A stretch of 63,511 nucleotides of DNA, counting the filler, from Octopus bimaculoides (Eukaryota), in NCBI RefSeq assembly GCF_001194135.2. It is 3 parts of 3 records of this genome, joined end to end, with 100 filler letters (N's around TTAATTAATTAA, not from the genome) between each part and the next. Parts side by side here need not be neighbours in the genome. Positions count along the whole stretch, not along the records: positions 38,708 to 63,511 come from NC_068983.1; 2 more parts are not named here. One strand, written 5' to 3'. Position numbers and translations under genes: made by a program. Within the stretch, counting starts at the first letter, position 1; each line of letters begins with the position of its first letter. The notes under the pieces are model-generated. The model did no database searches and had not been told where the DNA came from. It worked only from the letters and a program-made list of their open reading frames with translations. Below, one piece after another: positions 39,704 to 51,180 of the stretch.

Positions 39704-39994
39704 CCCATTACCTCCCATAATTCTATTAACTGGAATTTTTTTTATGAAACTTTGATTTCTAGCATAAAACAGCCTTAGAAACACGCTGGAATGATCAAAA
39801 TAACATTTCAAAATAACATTTTAAATAGAAATAAGCGAGATATTGGGTGAAAAATTAGCAAACCTCATTTGAATATCAGAGAAATATACCTAGTAGATAT
39901 AGCAAAAAGGTTAGATATGTGTAAATATTGACAAATAATTAGGAAATTTGTAATTTTTAAGTGATCTCATATGAGATCACTGGTAGGTAATGGG
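39704..39994. mobile_element. piggyBac-type MITE
   Basis: TTAA at 39700-39703 and 39995-39998; TIR CCCATTACCT/AGGTAATGGG; perfect 20-bp subterminal palindrome at 39961-39980. Confidence 0.85.
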
Positions 39995-40694
39995 TTAACA
40001 CATAGGGCTAAGCGTTTATTACACTGATTTGGGGATTTTTTTTTTCAAAGTATATTTGTTCAACTGATCGTCAGATGTGGTCATCAATGAAATCACTGAG
40101 CTTTGGACGTATTGTTTACGGAAGACATAAACCTAACACAACCGTCGCATAAGCGATAACAATGAGAAAAGACGTATGCGTGCGTGATGGACTTCCGTAC
40201 AGTTTCAATCTACCGCACATTCATACTTATACCTGTAACTGCCTTAGAAATTTTCGTCTTTATAAATTCTAAGTCCAAAACCTTCAAGAGATGATTACTC
40301 ATTATTCCTAAGCCTACACCAACTGGGCAAACCTATACTCAAAAGTATTCCAGCCGTGATCATCCAATATTTTTAGGAGTATGTCAAGGATATTAACCAA
40401 TATTTCCTTTCCTTATTTTAGGTATGATTTGAATGAGCTGGCTGCTATTTCTACATGGTCGAGCAACCACATACCGGCTACTTCTTTGGCTCAATTGAAT
40501 ACTAGTAATGTAAATGTCAACGTACTAGTCTCTTTCTTTAACAAAACTAGCCTGTGTCTAACCAAAGAAGTTCAATTATGATGCATAGATTTCTATATTA
40601 TCGTTCATATGTATTTCACTAACTCTCGTACTAACCACATCAAAGAAGCTTCTTTAGTAGAAATTACGCAGCAACGTACAGATAATATACTTAC

Positions 40695-40818
40695 CTAAAC
40701 AGATCATTGCCAAACATATAACGAAGCTGATTAAGATAGCTCTTCTTGGGTCTCTGTTCCGACCGGATTCTTTGGCGAAATAAAATAGACAAGGATATAT
40801 TTTGTCTTTGCCAACAGC
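40695..40818 (-). CDS. SLC12A2: NKCC-like exon 10 (AVGKDKIYPCLFYFAKESGRNRDPRRAILISFVICLAMICL; TM9), last exon visible
   Basis: cttctctag acceptor, G|gtaagt donor, 124 nt, phase 0/1; matches ALCKDNIYP...FAKG.GKNNEPLRGY. The open donor shows the gene continues. Confidence 0.93.
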
Positions 40819-42092
40819 CTAGAGAAGCAACGAAAAATAAAGTATGATAGTCTTTTCGATTACTATTTATTCGGATTTAGACAAGTAAACTACAAGTAAT
40901 GTGTATGCCGGACCCTATTAATTTCCTACGACTTGAAATTTGATGGGAGAAAATGACCGAAAAATATTCCATGACTTGTTTACATCACAAGGTACAGCTT
41001 GAAGGTTTCCACTTCATATAGAGAGTACGTTGGATATGTCAACCTGACCGAGTCAGTTTATTTCGCTTCATTGAGTGTTTCATCTCAGTTAAGGTCAATT
41101 TATTGACACAGCCATTAATTTTACAGCGCTCGTACTTTTCTAATATTACTTGTATACTTCATACTATCCATTTAATTAGATAAACTCATGAGCTCTGTCT
41201 TCCATACTATCCGGAAGCGAATCTATGCGTTAAAATACATATCTTAAGTTCAAACACAGTATCGTTCTTCCAGAATAAACGTGGACATCTAGAGAGATGC
41301 AAGTTTGTGGTTCGGTTTTAGAAATCAGAAGTGAATAATTTGAATATATAAAAGAAGGATGTTCCATACTATTGTTTTGTGCCGCTCGTCACTAAATCCT
41401 AGGAATATCGACTGAGCGACATACAAATCGCTTTATGTTTTTACAATCCCAGAGGCCTGGTGGTAATGTTTTCAATAGAATGAATTCCATTAAAGACCCT
41501 TCCCCCCATGGCAAGATAGTGGTAGTCATGAGATGGATTAAGTCCACAACTCAAAAATAAGTAAATAGCTAAATAATTGGTCCTCTGGTTGGTATGAAAG
41601 CTGACAGATATAAGAGAGGCAGTAACGTGCATTTTCTAGACACATGCAGTAAAATATCTGAAATGAAATTATCGTAAGAAATAATCAAAAGCGTACTGAA
41701 GACTATTCTGCTAGACACTTATTTTTAGTATACAAAACATTCTGTATGAAATAATCATAATAATAATAATAGGGCTGTAGTGCTAATACGATATTAGCCT
41801 ACTGGCCAAGGGCTTAATGAATCTGTTATCGGCGCTGTAATCATATGCGAAATAACTCTGGCCAAATCACTAAGCTAAAGTACGGTCATTGTTGTTTAAC
41901 ACATGTTTGCGTAGATTTAATGGAAAACAATCAAGCTAAGTCCAGTGCATTATTTTTCAAAAGAGTGTACCCGGTGTCCATTATACAATGTATCCTCTTT
42001 AAAAGATGGTAGGATGAATGAATCTACAGCAATGAATAAATGGTTCAAGAAAGAACACAAAAATAAAAAAAACTTTTGTTTCGAGTATTTAC

Positions 42093-42200
42093 TTGCAAAA
42101 CTTTTGGAGCGCTGACTAAACTTGCAAGGGCCGAAGATAAAGTGGCAGAGAATATTCCAGCCAAAATTAAGTATTTTGTGGCAGATGCAATTCCAACAAT
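42093..42200 (-). CDS. SLC12A2: NKCC-like exon 9 (IVGIASATKYLILAGIFSATLSSALASLVSAPKVLQ; TM8)
   Basis: tttttcacag acceptor, CAA|gtaaat donor, 108 nt, phase 0/0; AGIFSATLSSALASLVSAPK is identical to NKCC1 and includes the TM8 Na+-site serines. Confidence 0.96.
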
Positions 42201-42871
42201 CTGTGAAAAAGTGTAAAAAAGGAAGAAAAATAAACATGAGAGATTTCTTGTTTAGGTACGAAGGCTTTTTCTAAATTTATTCTGTATTATTTCAAAATTG
42301 AAATTTTTTAAAATGTCAAAGTTATGAAATAAATTGTTTTATTGGTAAAGGTTTATAGGAAATTAAAAACAATATCCGATGAGCTGACGACGATAAAAGA
42401 TTATCTATGTAATTTTTCCACTCATTTTCTGTACACAAGAAAGCAAGAGAGAAAGAAAGCAAGAAAGAAAGAAAAAGAAAACTAGAAAGAAAGAAAGAAG
42501 GAAAGAAAGAAGGAAAGCTAAAGCATTAAGGTTAGTTTCCCACCAATCAACTTTGGCAGAGCAAGATTATCCAAGGCATTCAAGCTGCGACCATAACATC
42601 TTTATATATTGAAGGTTACATTGTACAATGCATCCTTTCTTCAGGCGATAGAATGCAATTAGAGAGGGATTTCATTTTTTCTAGGTTGGGTTTCATCAAC
42701 TTGAAGCTAATGTGCTCACTTAGCGACGAGGAAAAGAATGTAAAAACAGTCTAATATCATAAAATAAAATAATCCCAGTAAAATCTCAGAAAATACTGCA
42801 TTCGTTTAGTATATTCAAAAATAATTGAATTGGTTGAAAACATAGTATAAGAGAAACGCGAATCAACCTAC

Positions 42872-43114
42872 CGAATTATCGTGATGTAATCCACCTTTTC
42901 TGCAAGTATACATAAGGCATGCTGGTGAGGTTTCTGACACTATTGGGTAGTTAAATGAAGTTTCGTTCAGCAGGGTACTATTAAAATCAGTTACACTCGG
43001 AATAAAGACCTCTCTCATCATTGTAAATCCACTAGTAAAAGAAATCATCGCATAAATCGAGGTTGTAATGGCAATAGACAGAAATGTTCCCTTTGGAATG
43101 GCTGTTTGAGGATC
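42872..43114 (-). CDS. SLC12A2: NKCC-like exon 8 (DPQTAIPKGT...; TM7 plus large extracellular loop)
   Basis: ctttttgtag acceptor, TCG|gtaggt donor, 243 nt, phase 0/0; DPQ.AIPKGT motif, N-glycosylation sequons NST and NET, one Cys pair. Confidence 0.93.
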
Positions 43115-44236
43115 CTACAAAAAGATTATATCATCATCATTAGTATCATCGTTCGTACATATATATATATATATATATATATACATACATATGTNNNNNN
43201 NNNNNNNNNNNNNNNNNNNNNNNNNNNNNNNNNNNNNNNNNNNNNNNNNNNNNNNNNNNNNNNNNNNNNNNNNNNNNNNNNNNNNNNNNNNNNNNNNNNN
43301 NNNNNNNNNNNNNNNNNNNNNNNNNNNNNNNNNNNNNNNNNNNNNNNNNNNNNNNNNNNNNNNNNNNNNNNNNNNNNNNNNNNNNNNNNNNNNNNNNNNN
43401 NNNNNNNNNNNNNNNNNNNNNNNNNNNNNNNNNNNNNNNNNNNNNNNNNNNNNNNNNNNNNNNNNNNNNNNNNNNNNNNNNNNNNNNNNNNNNNNNNNNN
43501 NNNNNNNNNNNNNNNNNNNNNNNNNNNNNNNNNNNNNNNNNNNNNNNNNNNNNNNNNNNNNNNNNNNNNNNNNNNNNNNNNNNNNNNNNNNNNNNNNNNN
43601 NNNNNNNNNNNNNNNNNNNNNNNNNNNNNNNNNNNNNNNNNNNNNNNNNNNNNNNNNNNNNNNNNNNNNNNNNNNNNNNNNNNNNNNNNNNNNNNNNNNN
43701 NNNNNNNNNNNNNNNNNNNNNNNNNNNNNNNNNNNNNNNNNNNNNNNNNNNNNNNNNNNNNNNNNNNNNNNNNNNNNNNNNNNNNNNNNNNNNNNNNNNN
43801 NNNNNNNNNNNNNNNNNNNNNNNNNNNNNNNNNNNNNNNNNNNGCTTGTATATCATCGTTTTAGCTTCCACTTTTACATGCTTGCATGGGTTAGGTGAAG
43901 TTCATTGAGATAGATTTCCTATATCAGGACGCCTCTCCTCGCACCTGTTTTCAAGTAACGTAGTACTTTCCCGTGGACAGACATGTCTTCTCGGAAGACT
44001 GGAAGCTAACACAATTTCAGGACAAGTAACCTCAGACACACACACATATACACGTACATTCGATGAGTTTCCGCCTATTAAATCGACTCACAAGGCTTTT
44101 GATCTGTCTGTAGCTGTAGTAGAACAGACTTGTCCATGGTACAGCGAAGCGAGACTGAACCTGATACTACGTGATTGGGAAACGAATTTCTTAACCACAT
44201 GGCCATACCTACGCTTATTTATACATACATATATGT

Positions 44237-44286
<50 letters not shown>

Positions 44287-45122
44287 GAGTGCTGAAATGT
44301 TTCTGGTTTTCAGGGTATCGTGAAAGGCCTGGTTGGAGACCCAACCTTCCGAGTTCTTTTGCAGAGCTTAGAAAAAACTGAAGGACCGATGTAATAATTG
44401 TCTGAATCTGAGAGGAGAATATGTTGAATATAATCACAATTAATTGATCCGCTTGTATTTTCTTTTAACAAAAGCCATTGGATTGTTTCGTTCCCACAAC
44501 TTAGCAGTTCGAAAAACAGAAAGCGATAGAAAAAGTACCAAGCTTCTATAAAGAACAAGTGCTGGGATCGATTTGTTCGACTAAACACTTATAACTGGTG
44601 CCCCAGCTTGGTCGTCGTCCAATGACTGAAGAAGGTAGAAGTAAAAAGAAGATACCAATAAAAAAAAACCTTTTATTTAAAGAACAAAATAGTAGAAACT
44701 CGGAAGCTCTTTCTTTGTACTTTTTCAAGATAACATGTTTGTTAAATTGTTAGCATTGACTAACAACATGGAAATTATAAGATAAAATCACCATAATATT
44801 GAAGGATTTCAAAAGTGATTTTAGAAACATAAAATAATGGCACCTCGGGCAAATGTCTTCTACTATAGCCTCGGGCCGTCCAGAGCCTTGTGAGTGAATT
44901 TGGTAGTCAGAAACTGAAAGGATCCCATCATATAGATGTGTGAGTGTGTGTGTGTGTCTGCACTGCTTGACAACCGATAATGGTGTGCTTGCGTCCCCGT
45001 AACTTAGCCTAAAAAATAAATACTTGGGTCGATTCATTCGACTAAAACTTCAAGGGGATGCCCCAGCATGGCCGCAGTTTAATGATTAAAACAAGTATAA
45101 GATAAAAGAAACTATAATATAC

Positions 45123-45247
45123 CTTAAGATCTCCAGAGATATTAGCACCGGCTAAAATACCAGTTGCTGAAGGAAAATAAATGGAGAAGACACTAAAAAA
45201 TGATTGATCTTTGAAGTCTGGCTGGAAGTTATCGATCAATATTGATA
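45123..45247 (-). CDS. SLC12A2: NKCC-like exon 7 ([42 protein letters not shown]; TM6)
   Basis: tttatttcag acceptor, AAG|gtatat donor, 125 nt, phase 1/0; hallmark [17 protein letters not shown]. Confidence 0.96.
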
Positions 45248-45434
45248 CTGAAATAAAAAAAAATTATCAATTAGAATTTGAAAGAAAAATTGTTAATATG
45301 AAAATTGACAATATTAAAAAAAAATTTGATAATGTTAAATACAACAGAGGGACAAATTTTTCATGGTGCTCATAATAATTAAGATGGAAAATTTAATGCT
45401 TGTAAAAGTTTTAATACAATATCGAAAGACTTAC

Positions 45435-45546
45435 CGTTATAGCCTATGAAACCTTCACGCCTACGATCTTCTGTAACTGGTAGGAATGTACCCACAAAAT
45501 AATTGAGAACAGCAACACAAAGAATTCCCAATAAAAATATTTGTGC
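45435..45546 (-). CDS. SLC12A2: NKCC-like exon 6 (AQIFLLGILCVAVLNYFVGTFLPVTEDRRREGFIGYN; TM5)
   Basis: ccag acceptor, G|gtaagt donor, 112 nt, phase 0/1; matches AQIVLL...FVIGT...GFFGY. Confidence 0.92.
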
Positions 45547-45674
45547 CTGGATTCCAGTAAAGAGAGAAATAAAAGTTCAGATGTTAATAAGATGATTTAT
45601 GAAAATATTTATACATTCATTAATGATATATTCTGCAAAGTCACTTCTGGGAAGTTTGTTTTATTGAATCTTAC

Positions 45675-45788
45675 CTTTGATTCCCAAGCCATTCCAATGA
45701 AAATGATTGCCAAAAGTGCAAAGCTTGTAACAATCCCAATTATTCGTACTTCGTTCTCCGCCACACCAGTTATAAATAAGTCATGCTT
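45675..45788 (-). CDS. SLC12A2: NKCC-like exon 5 (KHDLFITGVAENEVRIIGIVTSFALLAIIFIGMAWESK; TM4)
   Basis: ctattacag acceptor, AAG|gtaaga donor, 114 nt, phase 0/0; matches NKCC NDIRIIG...GMEWEAK. Confidence 0.93.
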
Positions 45789-46815
45789 CTGTAATAGAGA
45801 ATATTATGAAATAAATTTAGAGATTTTGTTTAAACATGAACACTACAGTACAAGCAGTCTTAAGTAGCTTACTTTTCAGCATCACAATTTTGTCATCAAT
45901 TTTTCTTTACTGGCGTAGCTCGGACGGGTCTTGGTGTCTCGCCACTCGTTGCGCTTCTTACTCATCTAGCACACACATTAATAGAGTAAAACGATCATTT
46001 TTGTTGTGCATGTCAAATCTTCGATGTGATTTTAATTACTGGATTCCTTTCTTACCATTTACAATTAGTGTACGATGTCAAGACAAGGAGACACAAACAT
46101 GCACACGGATTTTGTTAGTTTCCGTCCACCAAATTTGCTCGCAAGACTTGACATAATAGGAGACACTTGGCCATAATAGGAGACACTTGGCCATAATAGG
46201 AGACACATTGGGAGTATAGTTAAGAAATGCACTCCGCAGTTACCCCGTTCCATGTTCAATTTCAATGCGTGGCATCTTAGGGAAGTGTTTTCTACTGTAG
46301 CCTCTGGTTGGCCAATGACTTATGAATGGAATTTCGAGATGGAAACTGTACGGAAGCCTATCGTATATGTCCGTATGTGTATATATCAGGAAGTCCGTGT
46401 TAATTTCTATCCGTGTTTCATAACATATCGATTCGATAAACAGAAACTGAAAGAAGTACCAGAGTTGATATGATCGACTAAAAAAAAGAAGTCTTGAAGA
46501 AGGAGCCCCAGCACGACAGCAGTTATATGACAACAAACGGTGAATCGAACTCGCGATATTTCGATTGTGAACAGAATACACTAACCAGTAAACGACGCGC
46601 CTTCATATTCAGGCAATGCCCGTTGTGTAAATAACAATGGTTTATCATTAAAAAAATTAACAGTAAACACAGATTGGTAGCATACACTCATGCTTATATA
46701 TTTACAATCATGGCCTATGTTTGATCATTTAAAACCTTAAATGTTAAATATCAGAATAACCAAATGAATATTAATTAACATAGTGAGCGATTTCAAAGAA
46801 ATGCTTCAAACTTAC

Positions 46816-46955
46816 CTCCATTTGAATTTGTACCGTTTCTGCGAACCCAACGATGTACATTGCCGCTGCAATAGCATTTGCCATAGCAAATATAACACCA
46901 ATAGCACCGCCAAATTCTGGACCAAGACTACGAGATATCATATAATAGGCCCCAC
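46816..46955 (-). CDS. SLC12A2: NKCC-like exon 4 ([20 protein letters not shown]...[18 protein letters not shown]; TM3)
   Basis: cttag acceptor, GAG|gtaagt donor, 140 nt, phase 1/0; near-invariant SLC12 [19 protein letters not shown] motif. Confidence 0.96.
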
Positions 46956-47576
46956 CTAAGTAATGCAAAATAAAATAAAATGGCATTTAAGTTTTGGGTT
47001 ACTATATCAAATACACTGTTTAAAAGAAAGATAATTTTAAAAGGAAGAAATGTATTGGATATTAACTTTAAAGCGCCAGCATAAATCATTTGTTTTCAGA
47101 GCACGCAGTACAATGTTTGACACTAGATCTGTGATAGGTGCATGCATGGCTGTGTGGTTTAGAAGCTCGCTTTGCAAAATTGTCGTTTCGGTTTCAGTCC
47201 TACTGTACGACACCTTGAGCAAGTGTCTTCTATAGATCCAAACCGACCAATGCCTTGTAAGTGAATTTGGTAGACGAAAACTGTGTGGAATCACGTCGTA
47301 TATATGTATGAGTGTGCGTGGGTGGGGGCGCACACGAAGGTGTTTGTTCCCCTGCTGTCGCTTGACAATTGGAGTCGGTTTGTTTACGTCTCCGTAACGT
47401 AGCAGTTCGGTAATACAGAGTGATAGAATAATTACCTGACAACTAGGACTATTTATTCGACTAAGCCCTACAAAGTGGTGCCCTAACATGGCCGCATTTT
47501 AATGATCGAAACAAATAAAATATATATCTGTTAGATTTTAAATCTTCAGACTCTTTTTATCAGTCATCAAGGCATG

Positions 47577-47610
<34 letters not shown>

Positions 47611-48075
47611 CGCCCCAGAGAGTGGAGTTAAATCTAAACGTAATCAAGGTAGCAAAATATTGTGTCTATATCAAAGTAAAAATCTACTCTGCTCGAAGCA
47701 TTTGGGGCAAGTTTGCTCAAAGTGGAAAACTGCTCTTGTCCACTAGTCTTGGACTCCTGTAAAGTTTGATGAACAATACTTTCTTTCTTGACTAGAAGAT
47801 AAAAATGAAATCAAATAAATAATTTAAATAAAATGTACCTAAAATTATGATAAAAAGAGAAAAAGAGCGACGAACTGGCAGAATCGTTAGCACACCGGGC
47901 AAAATACTTAGCGGTATTTCTATTGGCTATACATTCTGGGCTTAGATTCTGCCGAGATCAACTGTATCTTTTATTGTTTCGAGTCCATAAAAAAGTACCA
48001 GTGAATCACAGGCATCGACGTAATTGACAAGCCCCGTCCACCAAAATTTCAGGTCATTTATATTATACAACAGTA

Positions 48076-49181
48076 GTTTTGTAGATTATATTGTTCTAGA
48101 AATGTCTAAGTTGATTGTAGTTGACAACGAATTTCCGTACTAAATTCTACGACCACATACGTGAAATTTCAAACCACAAACCAACGTGATATGCCATTGG
48201 ATGATCAGACTTGATACATAAAATTTAGAAGCAACGTAAACAGTTCAGTAGTGAGAAAAAAAAATTATAGGAGAAATAAAAATTAAAGTAAAACATACCG
48301 CCTCTTACTTCGCCATTTGTACAGATCGCTGACATTGATATAGAAGTGATGCTTGTGACAAGGGAAGAAAGTAAAATGATGACAAACGATAATCCAATCC
48401 CTGCTTGAGCTGTAACCCAGGTTAATCTCAGGAATAACATTACTCCAAATATATTCAACATACAACGTATCTGAAAGAAAATCAATAGCAAAATTGATTT
48501 CTTATATAGGCACGAGATCAAACATTTTGTGTAGAGAAACTAGAAAAAAAGTAATATTGAAATCTATTTGACTTCAATTTTATTATCAGTTAATTAGATC
48601 ATTTGTAAGTTAATTGATGAATTGGTTTGCAAAAGTTCTTTGCCATCATGTAGTCTAGTGTTATAAATCTCTCAAACCATCATGTAGTCTTGTGTTATAA
48701 ATCTCTCAAACCGTATGTTCTGTTTGATTATAAAAAGTGTAGCAATCAGATGCTCTGTTGCACATTAACGAATTCGTATGGAAAGTCTTTAGCGGCTAAA
48801 TTTTTCTGACCATTTCTCATTATATCTGAAAAACAGACGCTTTGCTGCACCAAATTATTCTGGTGTGACACATTAATATGTAGTAGATCAGCTTGATCGA
48901 AACTTAGGTAAAATCTATTCATGAATGATTGCTTTATCTATTAGAGTTGTTATAGAAAATCACTTTCTAGTTGTGCAAAATTTATATTATACAACAAACA
49001 TTTAGTCGTTTTGTAGATTATATTGCTCTAGAAATTTCTAAGATGACTGTAGTTGACAACGAATTTCCGTACTAAATTCTACGACCACATGCGTGAAATT
49101 TTAAGCCACAAACCAACATGATATGCCATTGGATGATCAGACTTGATACATAAAATTTAGAAGCAACGTAAATAGTTCAGT
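48076..49181. repeat. 174-bp direct repeat pair (48076-48249 and 49008-49181) bracketing NKCC exon 3
   Basis: Colinear, ungapped, roughly 90% identical copies; an additional 34-bp tandem duplication lies between them at 48643-48710. Confidence 0.9.
48299..48470 (-). CDS. SLC12A2: NKCC-like exon 3 (TM1-TM2; [26 protein letters not shown]...[10 protein letters not shown])
   Basis: ttctttcag acceptor, G|gtatgt donor, 172 nt, phase 0/1; matches NKCC RCMLNIWGVMLFIRLSW and AIATNG motifs. Confidence 0.96.
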
Positions 49182-49750
49182 CGTGTGGTGCTGATTTAGA
49201 TTACGTAATTAACATTTCAGTCCACCTTACATTTATTAGCTCCTTTTATTATTATAGCATAGAAAAGAAAGGACAGCACTCTCAGTTATCTTATAGAGCT
49301 TCCATAATGGGTAGGGAAAATGGAAGATTGAAACGCCTCTGTCATAGGTTTTTCTCAAACTGGAGACGTTTTCCAAATACTTCAAGAGTCGAGTCCACTG
49401 AAGGCACCCAGAGTCTAACTGGCGGTTTTAAACTGGGCAACGAATTACGTTTACCACGACCCAATAGCATGTACAGTCCATTCGATGGGCATCTCTATTT
49501 TCTCCTGCATCCGATTTCTACCAAGACGTTGGTCGACTCGAGGTTACTTTAAAAGACACTTGTTTGGCGCAGGTGGGATGGAACCCAAAACAACATTTTT
49601 TTTCAAACCAAATGATTAATGCCTGTATCCAAATGTAGTGCAGGTCATATTACTCTCACTTGTAATGTTCTGGAATATGAAGTAAAGTGCCTGGCTACAT
49701 GGCTTCTATGTTACAAGTAAACACCTCTTGGCTGCTCTCAGGGGCTAAAC

Positions 49751-50180
49751 CAGCGCTGGATTAACCATTTATCAAAATAAGTACGTGTTTATGACATCAA
49801 GGGACGAGGGATGGGGGTACCAAAGAAATGGTAAATGATTTTTGGTACAAAAGAAATCACTTTAAACTTGCTAAACCAATATTCGAAGTGGTTTGATAGA
49901 TCGGAAATATAATTTCAAGGTGTTCATGGGGTCATGGTGAGCTGATCAAAGACTTTGCAATTAAAAAAAAAGGGTAGGAGAAAATTTGTCAAATATAAAT
50001 AAAGAGGAAGTGTGCATACAAAAATAAACATTATTTTCCATTTTACTTGGTTTTGTTTCATTTTGAAAAATAAAAAATTATTTTATGGTTTATTGTTGTT
50101 TATATTTTGATTTGCATATATATGGGAGCACCAAAATGATTTAAGTGCATGGGGACTCTATTGGTCTTAATCCGGCTCTG
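49751..50180. mobile_element. hAT-type MITE
   Basis: Perfect 8-bp TSD GGCTAAAC (49743-49750, 50181-50188); TIR CAGCGCTGGATTAA vs CAGAGCCGGATTAA (12/14). Confidence 0.85.
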
Positions 50181-50249
50181 GGCTAAACTTTAATAACAAC
50201 ATTGTTATGGTATTTTCACGTACTAAGCGTTACTTAAAATGATACTCAC

Positions 50250-50336
50250 CAAAACTCCTTCGATCCATCCAAATTTGATGCCGGAGTAGGCGACAGATAC
50301 AGATTTCTTTCTTTCAACAGGATCGAAAGATTTTCT
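50250..50336 (-). CDS. SLC12A2: NKCC-like exon 2 (RKSFDPVERKKSVSVAYSGIKFGWIEGVL)
   Basis: tttgccag acceptor, TTG|gtgagt donor, 87 nt, phase 0/0; KFGW.EGVL is the canonical SLC12 pre-TM1 motif. Too short for the ORF track. Confidence 0.93.
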
Positions 50337-50949
50337 CTGGCAAATAAATACAAAAGATTTATGAATTTGTTTTGCAAGATTCCTGGTGTGAAATCGTGTT
50401 TTGAAACAGATAGTTATATTTCGGGATGGTCATTTCTTTTTTTTTTCTTTTTTTTTTGCCAAATAAACACACGCGCTGTATTGTACTATATATTCGTTCT
50501 TCACTCGTTTATTATTGCTGTTCTTATCTTATGTCCATTGTCTGGAAATCTTTCTATCTAAAAAGACAGAATGGACTAAATTGAACAGGAGGGAACATGT
50601 AGATGGAAGAGTCGCTGAAGAGGTCACAGATGTGTGACTAAAAATTTCAAGTCAATGGACATTAGATAAAATAAGAACAAAAATAATGAGTGAAGAATGA
50701 ATATATAGTGCGTGTGTTTATTTGGCAAGAAAAAATGACCCTCCCGAAATATAACAAATACAAAAGAAATTCTGAAATAATTATTCTCTTAAAGATCTGA
50801 ATTTTATATCAAAAGCTCAAGAACTTCATTACCATCTTCTCCTTTGTTTCCAACGTAAGAGTTATCAACATTTTCAGTTTGCAGTAAAACTTTCTTTTAT
50901 ATGATACGTTTTACCTTTCTTTTTTTTTTTTACTTTCTTTAGTTTCTTA

Positions 50950-51180
50950 TTTCTTTACTGCCCACAAGGGGCTACACACAGAGGGGACAAACAAGGACAG
51001 ACAAAGGTATTAAGTCGATTAGATCGACCCCAGTGCGTAACTGGTACTTATTTAATCGACCCCGAAAGGATGAAAGGCAAAGTCGACCTCGGCGGAATTT
51101 GAACTCAGAACGTAGCGGCAGACGAAATACCGCTAAGCATTTCGCCCGACGTGCTAACGATTCTGCCAGCTCGCCGCCTT
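50950..51180 (-). mobile_element. SINE family 1, young near-complete copy in NKCC intron 1
   Basis: Nearly identical to the reverse complement of 31750-31985. Confidence 0.85.
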
